DNA of 64,000 nucleotides from Candidatus Limnocylindrales bacterium (GTDB lineage Bacteria; Chloroflexota; Limnocylindria; Limnocylindrales; CSP1-4): NCBI GenBank assembly GCA_036392215.1, contig DASVYJ010000027.1, positions 15,637 to 79,636 of the forward strand, read 5' to 3'. Shown piece by piece: positions 9,526 to 18,660 of this stretch (position 1 is its first letter; each line of letters starts with the position of its first letter). The notes under the pieces were generated by a model. It saw only the letters and a program-made list of their open reading frames with translations, ran no database searches and was not told where the DNA came from. The position numbers and the translations under genes were made by a program.

Positions 9526-10086
9526 GTGGACGACCGGGCCGGGCCGCCGCGGGCGGTCCGGGTGACGAGTTGGCGCTGGGAACCGGGTGACGAGGAGGGC
9601 CGTCGAGGGGTCCCCTGGCTCGGCGTCTTCTTCCTGCTGTTCGGGGGCCTGCTGCTGCTCCAGCAGTTCCTCCCCAACGCCGACCTCGCGGGCTCGGCCG
9701 TCGTCCTGGCCCTCGGCCTCGCCTTCCTGGTCGCGTACGCTACGGGACGCAACGTCCTTTCGCTCTACGCCGGCCTGATCCTCACCGCCCTCGGCCTGCC
9801 GGCCCTCCTGCAGGATGCGGGGTTCATCTCGGGTCCGGGCTGGGGGACGCTCTTCCTGGGCCTCGGCTTCCTGGTCGTGGCCGCGTTCCGGGCGAGCCGG
9901 CGCGGCGGCTGGGGCTGGCAGGCCATCTTCGGCGGGGTCCTCGTCCTCGTCGGCGGCAGTCAGGTCGCGGCCCACAGCCTGCCCGGCTTCCCCGACGTCG
10001 AGCGGCTCGTCTGGCCGGTCGTCCTGCTCGTGATCGGGGTCCTGCTCCTGGTCCGCAGTGGCGGGACGCGCCGGCGCTGGTACTGA
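9526..10086 (+). CDS. Hypothetical integral membrane protein (about 4 TM)
   Basis: Hydrophobic helices (VPWLGVFFLLFGGLLLLQQF, AVVLALGLAFLVAYA, LILTALGLPALL, LVWPVVLLVIGVLLLV). No named domain recognised. Confidence 0.5.
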   Translation: MDDRAGPPRAVRVTSWRWEPGDEEGRRGVPWLGVFFLLFGGLLLLQQFLPNADLAGSAVVLALGLAFLVAYATGRNVLSLYAGLILTALGLPALLQDAGFISGPGWGTLFLGLGFLVVAAFRASRRGGWGWQAIFGGVLVLVGGSQVAAHSLPGFPDVERLVWPVVLLVIGVLLLVRSGGTRRRWY

Positions 10087-10164
10087 GCGGCAGGCGCGGC
10101 GGTCGCGCCCCTGACCCGGGCCGCGTGATGGTCGCGCCCGCAGTGTTCCGGGCGGCCTGCGCCG

Positions 10165-11262
10165 CTAGGCGGCGGGGTCGACCTGACCCGGCGCGGGATC
10201 AGGCGCCACCTCCTCGAAGGTCGCGGCGGGCAGCAGGCCGCTGGACGACGCGGCGTCCGCCTCCCGCAGCCGGCCGGCCTCGTCGACCGCCAGCCCGAAC
10301 AGCTCGACCATGGCCGGATCGAACTGCCGGCCCGCTTGGCGTCGCAGCTCGGCCCAGGCCGCCTCGACGGACAGCGCGCGACGGTAGACGCGGTCGGAGG
10401 TCATCGCGTTGAAGGCGTCGGCGACGGCGACGATGCGGGCGCCGACCGGGATCGCCTCGCCGACCAGACGGTCCGGGTAGCCCGCCCCGTCCCAGCGCTC
10501 GTGGTGGTGGCGGACGATCCGGGCGATGCCCGCCATCCCCGCCTGGACATCGAGGATCTGGGCGCCGATCTCGCTGTGGCGGCGCATCTCGGCCATCTCC
10601 TCGTCGGTCAGCCGGCCCGGCTTGAGGAGGATCCGGTCGGCGATCGCGATCTTGCCGACATCGTGGAGGTAGCCCCCGATGCGGATCGTCATCCGCTCCT
10701 CCGGATCGAGGCCCTGGAGCGTGGCCATCCGCTCGCTCAGCAGGCCGAGCTGCCGGCAGTGCTCCCCCGTCTCCTGGTGACGCGCCTCGATCGCCGTGGA
10801 GAGCGTCAGGGCGATCGAGTCGAGGATGGGGCTGACGACCCGGTAGCGGACGGCCTCGCGGCGCGTCTCGGCGGTCGCCATCGCGCTGCGGACCTCGCTC
10901 AGCAGCTCGCTCCCGGTGAACGGCTTGACGACCATCCCGCTGGCACCCTCGCGGAGGGCGCGGATCGCGTTCTCCAGCGTGCCGTGCCCGGTGACGACCA
11001 CGATCGGGAGTTCGGCGTCTCGCCCGCGGAGCGCCTGGACGAAGGCGTGGCCGTCCATCAGCGGCATGTGGATGTCGGTCACGACCAGGTCGAAGGGGCG
11101 GGCGTCGAACAGGGCGAGGGCGGCCACCGGGTCGGGGGCGGCGCTCACCTCCCAGCCGGCGCGCCCCAGGAGACGAGCCTGGATCTGGAGGATGGCGGGC
11201 TCGTCGTCGACGCACAGGGCGCGCGGCCGTGGACTGCCCTGGGGCCGGAGGGAACTGGTCAT
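10165..11262 (-). CDS. Response regulator with receiver plus HD-GYP domain (c-di-GMP phosphodiesterase type)
   Basis: Receiver: LCVDDEPAILQ...DLVVTDIHMPLMDG...VVTGHG...KP. HD-GYP: YLHDVGKIAI...HHERWDGAGYP. The ATG overlaps the kinase stop (ATGA). Confidence 0.9.
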   Translation of the reverse strand: MTSSLRPQGSPRPRALCVDDEPAILQIQARLLGRAGWEVSAAPDPVAALALFDARPFDLVVTDIHMPLMDGHAFVQALRGRDAELPIVVVTGHGTLENAIRALREGASGMVVKPFTGSELLSEVRSAMATAETRREAVRYRVVSPILDSIALTLSTAIEARHQETGEHCRQLGLLSERMATLQGLDPEERMTIRIGGYLHDVGKIAIADRILLKPGRLTDEEMAEMRRHSEIGAQILDVQAGMAGIARIVRHHHERWDGAGYPDRLVGEAIPVGARIVAVADAFNAMTSDRVYRRALSVEAAWAELRRQAGRQFDPAMVELFGLAVDEAGRLREADAASSSGLLPAATFEEVAPDPAPGQVDPAA

Positions 11263-13643
11263 GCGGCGGACTCCTGGGGGTCGAGGGCAGCGGGGACAGG
11301 CGCGGCCGATCGGTGGGCGCCGTCCGCCTCGTCGCCGGCCGATGGCGGCTCGACGGTCGGCGTGACGGAGGGCAGGTGCACGGTGAAGACGCTCCCCCGG
11401 CCGGGTTGGCTCTGCACCTCGATCGAGCCGCCGTGGCTCTCGACGATGCCGAGACTGACCGACAGGCCGAGGCCGGCCCCCGCGCCGACCTCGCGGGTCG
11501 TGAAGAACGGGACGAAGACGCGCTCCCGGATCTCGCGGGCCATCCCGACCCCGTCGTCGGCGACGGAGATGCTGACGAGGCCCGCGCCGCCGGCGGTCGA
11601 GACCGTCAGGGTCCCGCCCTGGGGCATGGCCTGGACCGCGTTGTGCAGCAGGTTGAGGAGGACCTGCTTGATGGCGTCGGGGTCGAGCTCGACCTCGGAC
11701 AGGTCCGCGTAGCGCTCCTCGATGCGGACGCCGCCGCGCTCGACGTGGTAGCGCAGCAGCTCGATCGTCTCGCGGCTGAGGGCGTTGACGTCGGTGGGCA
11801 TCCGGCGGGGCGGTCGCGGCCGGGCGAAGTCGAGCAGGGCACGGACGATGCGCCGGGCGCGGAGGGCCTCGTCGCGGACCGTCTCCAGGTCCCGCCGGTG
11901 CGGGTCGTCCGAAGGAAGGTCCTCCAGGACGAGCTCGACGAACCCCAGGATGCCCGTCAGCGGGTTGTTCACCTCGTGGGCGACCGCGGCGGCCAGCTCG
12001 CCGACGGCGCTGAGCTTGGACGCCTGGACGAGCTGGTGCTGGACGCGCTGCGTCTCCTCGAGCTGGGCCCGGGCCCGGGCCAGGAGGGCCCGGTTGTCGA
12101 GGGCGACCGCGAGCTGGCTCGCGGCCAGCCGGGCGAGGTCGACGAAACCGGGCTCGAGGACACGCTCGTGGTCGGGGTCGATGAGGTGGAGCGCGCCGAG
12201 GCAGACTCCCTCGTGATCCATCAGAGGCAGGGTCAGCGTGGCCGTCGGCTCCGCGCCAGCCGGGGCCAGGTGTCGGCCCTGGTTGATGACGCCGGGCATC
12301 GAGAAGGGCCCGGACCGTCGGGTGACCCGGGGCCGCGGGTCGTCGAGGAGCCGCCGATGCTCGGGCGGCAGGGCCGCGCGGTGCAGCTCTGCGGGCGCGC
12401 CGGGCGGGGCCGACCCGGCGATGACGCGGAACGTGTCGCCCTGGTCCAGGCGGGTGACGAAGCCGACGATGCCGTCCCGGGCCAGCGCGTCGACGATGGC
12501 CTGGGTCCCCCAGCCGTTGGTTCGGCTCAGGGCAAGCTGCTCGCTCGCGGCGAGGACGCGGGCCAGCTCGTCGGCCCGGCGGCGCTGCTCCGCCTCGGCG
12601 CGATCCATCCGCGCCAAGGCCGCCTCGCTGCTCGCCCGGGCCTGGCGGACGGCGACCAGCAGTACGCTCTGGCGGACGATGGCCAGCCCGACGGTCGCCG
12701 CCACCGCTCCCCGGATCAGGAGGTTGTCCGGCCGGGCCACGTCGGCGCCGTAGGTGACGAGGAGCAGCACGCTCACCCCGACGGCGGCCAGGGGCAGGAC
12801 GTTGATGAGCCGGCCGGCCCAGCGGATGTACGCCTCGCCGCGGTCCAGCCGCTCCGACCACGTCGCGCCGCCGACGCCCACGACCAGCATGGCCGCGGCG
12901 TACAGCAGGTCGGAGCCGCTGACGCCCGCCGATCCAGCGCCGGCCGCGCGCTGCATCCAGTCGAGGAAGGTGACGCCGAGCAGGCCCGTCCCGGCCAGGA
13001 TGGCAAACGCGCCGCGAGGGACGAGCTCGACCCGGGTCGCCAGGGCCGTGACGAGGCCGGCGCCGGTCGTGCCCAGGAAGAAGAGCGGGTAGTAGGCCAG
13101 CAGGAGCGCGCTGATCCCGGTCGACGGCCGCGCGCCCTCGGTGGCCGCGATGAGGAGCGCGGCGATGGCAGCGAAGACCATGCCGGCGTCAAGGTACAGG
13201 GCGAACTCCTCGCCTCGGCTGATGCGCCCCACGACCGCCGAGCGGATGACCGCCGCGATGGGCAGGGCGGCCGCCAGGTAGGCGACGTCGGCCGGTCCGG
13301 GGGTCCCCCCGACGCCCGCAGCGAGGTCGGTCCCGCGAAGGAGCTCCCCGAGCGTCGCGCAGCCGAGGGCCGCCGCCACCAGGCCACGGGTCCGTCGCTC
13401 ACGGCCGGTCGTATCCCGCGCGCCGAGCAGTGTCGACCCCAGTGCCACGGCCGCGGCCACGATCCACATCGCGGTCCGCCAGGCTCGCCACTCGCCACCG
13501 GCATCCACAAGCGCCGCGACGGCGAGAAGCCCCACGACGACGCCGCCGGCGAGGGTCAGCCGACCGGCGGGGGTGCCCGCGGCGCGGAGCGTCGCGACTC
13601 GCCAGCGGTGGGCACGCACGGACGCGATGGCGGGGCCGATCAT
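11259..13643 (-). CDS. Sensor histidine kinase: multi-TM N-terminal domain, GAF, HisKA, HATPase
   Basis: About 9 N-terminal hydrophobic helices. A GAF-like segment. H-box AHEVNNPLTGILGF and ATPase boxes (LLNLLHNAVQAM, DDGVGM, GAGLGLSV). Confidence 0.85.
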   Translation of the reverse strand: MIGPAIASVRAHRWRVATLRAAGTPAGRLTLAGGVVVGLLAVAALVDAGGEWRAWRTAMWIVAAAVALGSTLLGARDTTGRERRTRGLVAAALGCATLGELLRGTDLAAGVGGTPGPADVAYLAAALPIAAVIRSAVVGRISRGEEFALYLDAGMVFAAIAALLIAATEGARPSTGISALLLAYYPLFFLGTTGAGLVTALATRVELVPRGAFAILAGTGLLGVTFLDWMQRAAGAGSAGVSGSDLLYAAAMLVVGVGGATWSERLDRGEAYIRWAGRLINVLPLAAVGVSVLLLVTYGADVARPDNLLIRGAVAATVGLAIVRQSVLLVAVRQARASSEAALARMDRAEAEQRRRADELARVLAASEQLALSRTNGWGTQAIVDALARDGIVGFVTRLDQGDTFRVIAGSAPPGAPAELHRAALPPEHRRLLDDPRPRVTRRSGPFSMPGVINQGRHLAPAGAEPTATLTLPLMDHEGVCLGALHLIDPDHERVLEPGFVDLARLAASQLAVALDNRALLARARAQLEETQRVQHQLVQASKLSAVGELAAAVAHEVNNPLTGILGFVELVLEDLPSDDPHRRDLETVRDEALRARRIVRALLDFARPRPPRRMPTDVNALSRETIELLRYHVERGGVRIEERYADLSEVELDPDAIKQVLLNLLHNAVQAMPQGGTLTVSTAGGAGLVSISVADDGVGMAREIRERVFVPFFTTREVGAGAGLGLSVSLGIVESHGGSIEVQSQPGRGSVFTVHLPSVTPTVEPPSAGDEADGAHRSAAPVPAALDPQESAA

Positions 13644-13679
13644 GGCGTGAACCCTAGGCCGCGGGCCGCCCCCGCGACC

Positions 13680-13697
13680 ATCACCCGGATCGGTGAT
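13680..13697. promoter_or_regulatory. Inverted repeat ATCACC-cggatc-GGTGAT about 40 nt upstream of the kinase start
   Basis: Seen in the sequence. Candidate operator in the kinase/regulator promoter region. Confidence 0.25.
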
Positions 13698-13835
13698 CGG
13701 CTGCTGCGGCGTCTGCCGTAGGTGCGGGGTCGCGGCGGGCAGGCCATCGCCCCAGGCGGCCCGCGGCCGGGTCCCCCGGCTCGATCGCCCGCGGCGCCGG
13801 CCGCTCCGCAGCGGGGCGCGGCGGAGGCGCCTCGG

Positions 13836-15179
13836 TCAGTCCAGCACGGCCTCAACGGCGGCCGCGATGCCCGCTGCGATGGCATCGAGCTCCGCCTCGC
13901 TCACCACGAACGGCGGGCCGACGAGGAGCAGGTCGCCGTTCACCCCGTCGGCGTTGCCGGTGCCCGAGTAGAGGAGCAGGCCGCGTTCGCGGGCGGCCCG
14001 CAGGACGCGCTCCGTGCGCCGCTCCGCGCGGGGGAACGGCGCCCGCGTCGCCCGGTCTGCCACGAGCTCCAGGCCGACGAGCAGCCCCAGGCCCCGGATC
14101 TGCCCGACGTTCGGATGCCCGCCCAGCCGCTCCTCGAGCAGGCTGCGCAGCCGCTCCCCCTTCGCCGCCGACGCTGCGACGAGCGACTCCGCCTCGAGGA
14201 TCCGCAGGACCTCGCGGGCGGCGGCCGCCCCGACGCCGGAGTGCGAGTAGGTGAAGCCGTGGACGAAGCCGCTCCCGGCGATCGTCTCGTAGACCGCGCC
14301 GCTGGCGGCCGCGAAGCCGAACGGGAAGTAGCCCCCGGTGGCGCCCTTGGCGGCCACGAGCACGTCCGGCCGGAGGCGCCAGTGGTCGGAGGCGAACCAG
14401 CGCCCCGTGCGCCCGAAGCCGGTCATCACCTCGTCGGCCACGACGAGGACGCCGTGGCGGCGGCAGACCTCCGCGATCGCCGGCCAGTAGCCGTCGGGCG
14501 GGACGGCCGCGGCGAGCGTCGCCCCGACGATCGGTTCGGCGACGAACGCGGCCACGGTCCCCGGGCCGCTCGCGAGGATGGCCGCCTCCAGCTCCGACGC
14601 GAGCGCGGCCGCGTCCCCCAGCGCATGAGCGGCCGCCTCGCCGGCCCGGTACGGGTAGGCCGCGCTGACGTGGCCGAACCGGCCGAGCCAGGGCTCGTAC
14701 GGCCGGCGGAGCGGGGCGCGGCCGGACAGGTCGAGCGCGCCCAGCGTGTTGCCGTGGTAGCTCCCCCAGCGGCCGATGACGACGGTCCGGTCCGCCTCGC
14801 CGCGCGCGAGGTGGTAGGCCCGGGCGAGCTTCAACGCAGTCTCGATGGCCTCCGAGCCGCCACTGACGGGGTAGATGGCCGGCTCGTCGAGCGGCAGGTA
14901 CGGCCCGACCTCGCGGGCGTACGCCTCGAGTGGCTCCGTCGTGAAGACCGAGCCGTGGACGTAGGCGACCTGCTCGGCCTGACGTCGCTCGGCCTCGACC
15001 ACCGACCGCCGCCCGTGCCCGACGTTGACGACGATCGCCCCGCCGGCGGCGTCGAGGTAGGCGCGGCCTTCGGCATCCCAGATCGTGCAGCCGTGGGCGC
15101 GGACGGCCAGCGGCAGGTCGCGGTCGAGGGCGCGGCGGAAGACGCGGCCGGTGGCCGGTCGGACGGCAGGAGTGGTCAT
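13836..15179 (-). CDS. Class-III (omega-) aminotransferase, PLP-dependent
   Basis: ...VSGGSEAIETALKLAR...WFASDHW...VVADEVMTGFGRTG...PDVLVAAKGATGG is the aminotransferase class III signature with the PLP lysine. Confidence 0.9.
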   Translation of the reverse strand: MTTPAVRPATGRVFRRALDRDLPLAVRAHGCTIWDAEGRAYLDAAGGAIVVNVGHGRRSVVEAERRQAEQVAYVHGSVFTTEPLEAYAREVGPYLPLDEPAIYPVSGGSEAIETALKLARAYHLARGEADRTVVIGRWGSYHGNTLGALDLSGRAPLRRPYEPWLGRFGHVSAAYPYRAGEAAAHALGDAAALASELEAAILASGPGTVAAFVAEPIVGATLAAAVPPDGYWPAIAEVCRRHGVLVVADEVMTGFGRTGRWFASDHWRLRPDVLVAAKGATGGYFPFGFAAASGAVYETIAGSGFVHGFTYSHSGVGAAAAREVLRILEAESLVAASAAKGERLRSLLEERLGGHPNVGQIRGLGLLVGLELVADRATRAPFPRAERRTERVLRAARERGLLLYSGTGNADGVNGDLLLVGPPFVVSEAELDAIAAGIAAAVEAVLD

Positions 15180-15353
15180 GGCTCGATCGTAGCAGCCGCG
15201 GCAGGGCCGCCGAAGGCCCGGGCGGGTCAGCGCCGCGGCTGCCTCGCGTCGTCCATCCGCGCCCGCGGCGGGGGCGACGTTCGACCCGCCCCGGACGCGC
15301 GACCGGCCGGGCGTGCTGCCCGGCCGGTCGGTCGCTGCGGGATCAGCCAGGGG

Positions 15354-16547
15354 TCAGACCCGGCCCCTCGGGACGGTCAGCCAGTAGGTCTTGTTGAAGA
15401 CGATCTTGCCGAGGTGCCAGAGCTGGTTCGGCTTCGGCGGCCGCGGCGGGTGCTCGTAGTCGAACTGCAGGAGCGTGCCCTTGCCGTCGCCGATCTCGAA
15501 GAAGCACATCACCTTGCCGGTGTACGAGCCCTCCTTGGCGTGCGGCTCCCGGCCGAGGACGGCCGCGGCGATCCGCTCGGCGACGATGGGCGCCTCGAAG
15601 TGCGCCGTCGAGCCGGCCTTGGAGAGGGGCAGGTCGGTCGCGTCGCCAAGGGCGTAGACGTTCGGGTACCGCTCGATCTGCTCGTCCGGCGTGTTCGGCG
15701 CGGCGAGATGCTTGACCTGGAGGGTGTGGCGGTCGGTCGGCAGCCAGCCGGACGGGGGCGCCAGGCCGGCATCGATGACCACCTGGGCGCCCTTGTGGGG
15801 CGGGACCAGGATGAGCAGGTCGTAGGGGAGCTCCTCGCCCTCGAGGCTGTTCACCGTCTTGTGCTCGGCGTCGATGGTCTCGACGTTGAAGAACGTGTGG
15901 ACCTCGATGCCCTTCTGCTCGAAGTAGGGCGTCGCCATCTCGCTGACGGTCTCGATGGTGAAGACTCGGCCGATCGGCGAGCAGAAGTGGAGCTCGGTCT
16001 TGTCGCGCAGGCCGCGCTCACGGAGCTCGGACTCGACGAGGAAGGCGACCTCGAGCGGGGCCGGTGGACACTTGTAGGGCATGCCGGCGATGCCGATGAC
16101 GAGCTTGCCGCCCTTGAAGTCGTCGAGCGCGGCGCGCAGGCGGGCGGCTGCCTCGGCGGTATAGAAGTGGTGGGCCTCGGTGTCGAAGTGCTCGATCAGC
16201 TCGGGCAGGATCCGCGAGCCGGTCGCCAGGACGAGGTGGTCGTACGGCAGGCGCATCCCGTCAGCGAGCTCGACGAGGCGGCCGGCGGCGTCGATCCGCT
16301 CGATCTGACCGACGACGAGCTCGACCTCCTTGTCGAGCAGCCGGCGCTCCGGCCGCTCCAGATTCTTGGCCCGCTCGCCGCCCATCGCGATGTACATGAA
16401 GCCCGGCTGGTAGGTGTGGTGGCCGGTCAGGTCCACGACCGTGACGACGGCCTCGCCGCGGGCGATCTGGCGGCGGAGCTTGCGGGCGATGAGGTTCGCG
16501 GCCAGCGTCCCGCCGACCCCCCCGCCCAGCACCAGGATGCGCTGCAT
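15354..16547 (-). CDS. sqr: Sulfide:quinone oxidoreductase (FAD-dependent, SQR type)
   Basis: MQRILVLGGGVGGTLAAN Rossmann start ...MPYKCPPAPLE... with conserved Cys. GGAAGGACAG RBS. Confidence 0.9.
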   Translation of the reverse strand: MQRILVLGGGVGGTLAANLIARKLRRQIARGEAVVTVVDLTGHHTYQPGFMYIAMGGERAKNLERPERRLLDKEVELVVGQIERIDAAGRLVELADGMRLPYDHLVLATGSRILPELIEHFDTEAHHFYTAEAAARLRAALDDFKGGKLVIGIAGMPYKCPPAPLEVAFLVESELRERGLRDKTELHFCSPIGRVFTIETVSEMATPYFEQKGIEVHTFFNVETIDAEHKTVNSLEGEELPYDLLILVPPHKGAQVVIDAGLAPPSGWLPTDRHTLQVKHLAAPNTPDEQIERYPNVYALGDATDLPLSKAGSTAHFEAPIVAERIAAAVLGREPHAKEGSYTGKVMCFFEIGDGKGTLLQFDYEHPPRPPKPNQLWHLGKIVFNKTYWLTVPRGRV

Positions 16548-16572
16548 CTGACTGTCCTTCCGTCCGTTCGAG

Positions 16573-16821
16573 CTAGCGCAGCTTCTCGACGACGATCTCG
16601 TCGTAGCCGTCGCGGTCGAAGACGCCGACGAAGCGGTGGCCCGCCTTCTCGACCCACTTGGGGATGTCGGTCTTGGAGCCGCGGTCCGCCGACCAGACGG
16701 CGATGACGTCGCCGACCTGGCCCTCGCGGATGGCGCGGATGAGCTCCATCAGCGGGCCGGGGCAGAACGAGCCGCGGGCATCGACGGTGCGGGTGATGGG
16801 AGGCGTGGCGGTATCGGTCAC
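16573..16821 (-). CDS. TusA-like sulfurtransferase (SirA/YedF/YeeD family)
   Basis: DARGSFCPGPLMELIRAI is the CPxP motif. Confidence 0.85.
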   Translation of the reverse strand: MTDTATPPITRTVDARGSFCPGPLMELIRAIREGQVGDVIAVWSADRGSKTDIPKWVEKAGHRFVGVFDRDGYDEIVVEKLR

Positions 16822-16876
16822 GGGAGGGTCCTTTCGGAGTGGGGGCGGGCGGCGCGGGGCCGCCCGCCGTCGGCGT

Positions 16877-17437
16877 TCAGATGAAGAGCGGCGACGAGCC
16901 TTCCTGCATCAGGCCGATGACGGTGGCGGCGCCGACCGGCTCGCCCATCCCGTCGATGAGGTCCTCGCGCTTGAGGCCGAACATGTCCATCGTCATCTGG
17001 CAGGGCATGAACTCGACGCCCATGAGCTGGGCGGCCTCGAGCAGCTCCTTGGGGCTGGCGACGTTGTATTGCTTGGCCAGCTTGCCCATCATCCAGGGGC
17101 CCATGCCCAGGAAGTTCATCTTCGAGAGCTTCCGGTGGCTGATGCCCGGCCGCTGCATGAAGGACATCATCTTCTGCATCCAGTTGTCGCCGGTGATGCG
17201 TTTCGAGTCCTTGACGAAGACCTGGAGACCCCAGAAGGTCACGAAGACGCGGCACGTGGCGCCCATCGCCCCGGCCGTCGAGGCCAGGATCATCGTCGCC
17301 CAGACCTTTTCCAGGTCGCCGCTGTAGTCGATGATCAGGATGTCGTGGAGTTGCGGCTCGGCCGCGGGGGCGGCCGGCTCGGGAGCGGCCTCGGGCGCCA
17401 CCGGGGTGGTCAGCTCGGGCTCAGCGATCGCGGTCAT
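16877..17437 (-). CDS. DsrE/DsrF-family sulfur-relay protein with an Ala/Pro-rich N-terminal extension
   Basis: The DsrE-fold core (ILIIDYSGDLEKVWATMILASTAGAMG...MPCQMTMDMFG) follows a 30-aa low-complexity tail. Confidence 0.8.
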   Translation of the reverse strand: MTAIAEPELTTPVAPEAAPEPAAPAAEPQLHDILIIDYSGDLEKVWATMILASTAGAMGATCRVFVTFWGLQVFVKDSKRITGDNWMQKMMSFMQRPGISHRKLSKMNFLGMGPWMMGKLAKQYNVASPKELLEAAQLMGVEFMPCQMTMDMFGLKREDLIDGMGEPVGAATVIGLMQEGSSPLFI

Positions 17438-17447
17438 CTCGGTCCCC

Positions 17448-17684
17448 TTACTTGTGGCGGAGGACGAAGCGGTAGACGCCGCCCTCGACGCCCGACTCGA
17501 CCATCGTGTTGCCGGTCGACTTGGCCCAGGCCTCGAAGTCCTTGGTCGAGCCCGGGTCGGTGGCGAGGACCTCGATCAGCTGCCCGGCCCCGACGTTCTT
17601 CATCGCCTGGGCGGTGCGCACGATCGGCAGCGGGCAGGAGAGTCCCCGCGCGTCGACGTGGGCCGTGATCTCGAGCGTGCTCAT
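17448..17684 (-). CDS. TusA-like sulfurtransferase (second copy)
   Basis: DARGLSCPLPIVRTAQAM is the CPxP motif. Confidence 0.85.
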   Translation of the reverse strand: MSTLEITAHVDARGLSCPLPIVRTAQAMKNVGAGQLIEVLATDPGSTKDFEAWAKSTGNTMVESGVEGGVYRFVLRHK

Positions 17685-17724
17685 GGTCGTTCCTTTCCCC
17701 TCCGGCCTCGCGGCCGGGTCGGTC

Positions 17725-18138
17725 TCAGATGAAGAGCAGCTGGCCGTCGCCCGCGGCGAGGTAGAAGGCGGTCACGCCCTCGACGCCGTCGACGAGCGAG
17801 TCGAGGTCCGCTTCCTCGAGCCCGAGCACGTCCATCGACAGCGAGCAGGCCTGGATGTCGACCTCGCCGAGCTCCTTGGCCTGCCGGAGCGTCTCGGCCC
17901 AGCTCGCCTGCCCGGCAGCCCGGAGCGCGTCCATGCGGGCCTTGCCCTCGACGCCGGCCTCCGGGACCGCCCCGTGGTCCGCCTCGATGCGGTCCTTGCG
18001 GAACGCGTCGAGAGCCCAGTACTGGAGGAACAGGTGGACGGGCCGGCCGAGGGCGGCGGCGCCGGCGGTCATCACCGCGGCGGCCTGCAGCTTGTCGTCC
18101 GTGCCCGAGAACAGGACCAGGGAGAGATCTTCGCTCAC
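17725..18138 (-). CDS. DsrE/DsrF-family sulfur-relay protein (second copy)
   Basis: SLVLFSGTDDKLQAAAVMTAGAAALG...QACSLSMDVLGL is the DsrE fold with the active-site Cys. Confidence 0.8.
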   Translation of the reverse strand: MSEDLSLVLFSGTDDKLQAAAVMTAGAAALGRPVHLFLQYWALDAFRKDRIEADHGAVPEAGVEGKARMDALRAAGQASWAETLRQAKELGEVDIQACSLSMDVLGLEEADLDSLVDGVEGVTAFYLAAGDGQLLFI

Positions 18139-18140
18139 AG

Positions 18141-18536
18141 CTACCTCGCGCTCACTTCGCTGGGGACCGTGGTTGCGGGACGCTGTTCCGGCAGAGCGGG
18201 GCCCGCCGCGGCAGCCGACAGGTCGGCCATCCGGGCCAGGCGCCGCATCAGGACGCGCCGCATCAGATCGCAGGCGGCCAGGATCTGCGGATCGGTCAGG
18301 CGATAACGGACCTCTCGCCCGTCCCGCTCGGCCTCGACCACGCCGGCGGCTCGCATCACCGCGAGGTGCTGCGAGACGTTGGGCTGGCTGATGCCGATCT
18401 CCTCGGCCAGTCGGCTGACCTCACATGGGCCGTCGGCCAGGCGATGGATGATCTCGAGCCGACGCGGGCTGGCGAGGGTCTTCAGGACCTCGGCCTGGAG
18501 GGAGAAGATCTCGTCCATGTGCAGCAGCATCGCCAT
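18141..18536 (-). CDS. ArsR/SmtB-family repressor, candidate persulfide sensor of the SqrR/BigR type (two Cys about 62 residues apart)
   Basis: HTH: LKTLASPRRLEIIHRLADGPCEVSRLAEEIGISQPNVSQHLAVMRAAG, with Cys in the alpha2 region and a second Cys in ILAACDLMRR near the C-terminus. It sits at the head of the DsrE/TusA/SQR operon. Confidence 0.8.
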   Translation of the reverse strand: MAMLLHMDEIFSLQAEVLKTLASPRRLEIIHRLADGPCEVSRLAEEIGISQPNVSQHLAVMRAAGVVEAERDGREVRYRLTDPQILAACDLMRRVLMRRLARMADLSAAAAGPALPEQRPATTVPSEVSAR

Positions 18537-18552
18537 ATGCGCAGTTGCGCAT
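18537..18552. promoter_or_regulatory. Perfect 7-2-7 palindrome ATGCGCA-gt-TGCGCAT immediately upstream of the ArsR start codon: candidate ArsR-type operator
   Basis: Seen in the sequence. ArsR/SmtB repressors bind 12-2-12-type inverted repeats that overlap their own promoters. Confidence 0.5.
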
Positions 18553-18660
18553 CAGTTCCGACTGTCCTTCCGGGTGGGGCCGCTCGGCCCACACGGCCTG
18601 GGCCATTCGGCCCGCTCCCCACTGGATCGACGCGGCGGCGTCCGCCGGTCGCGCCCCGAA

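Noticed and set aside
6620-9752. 981-aa (+) and 1002-aa (-) ORFs overlapping acs
   Set aside because: An alternate frame and the antisense of a canonical acetyl-CoA synthetase, with typical high-GC low-complexity composition.
10199-11712. 338-aa (-) and 458-aa (+) ORFs over the HD-GYP regulator gene
   Set aside because: Alternate-frame or antisense to a gene with clear receiver and HD-GYP motifs.
13722-16706. 994-aa plus-strand ORF
   Set aside because: Antisense across the aminotransferase and SQR genes. No domains.
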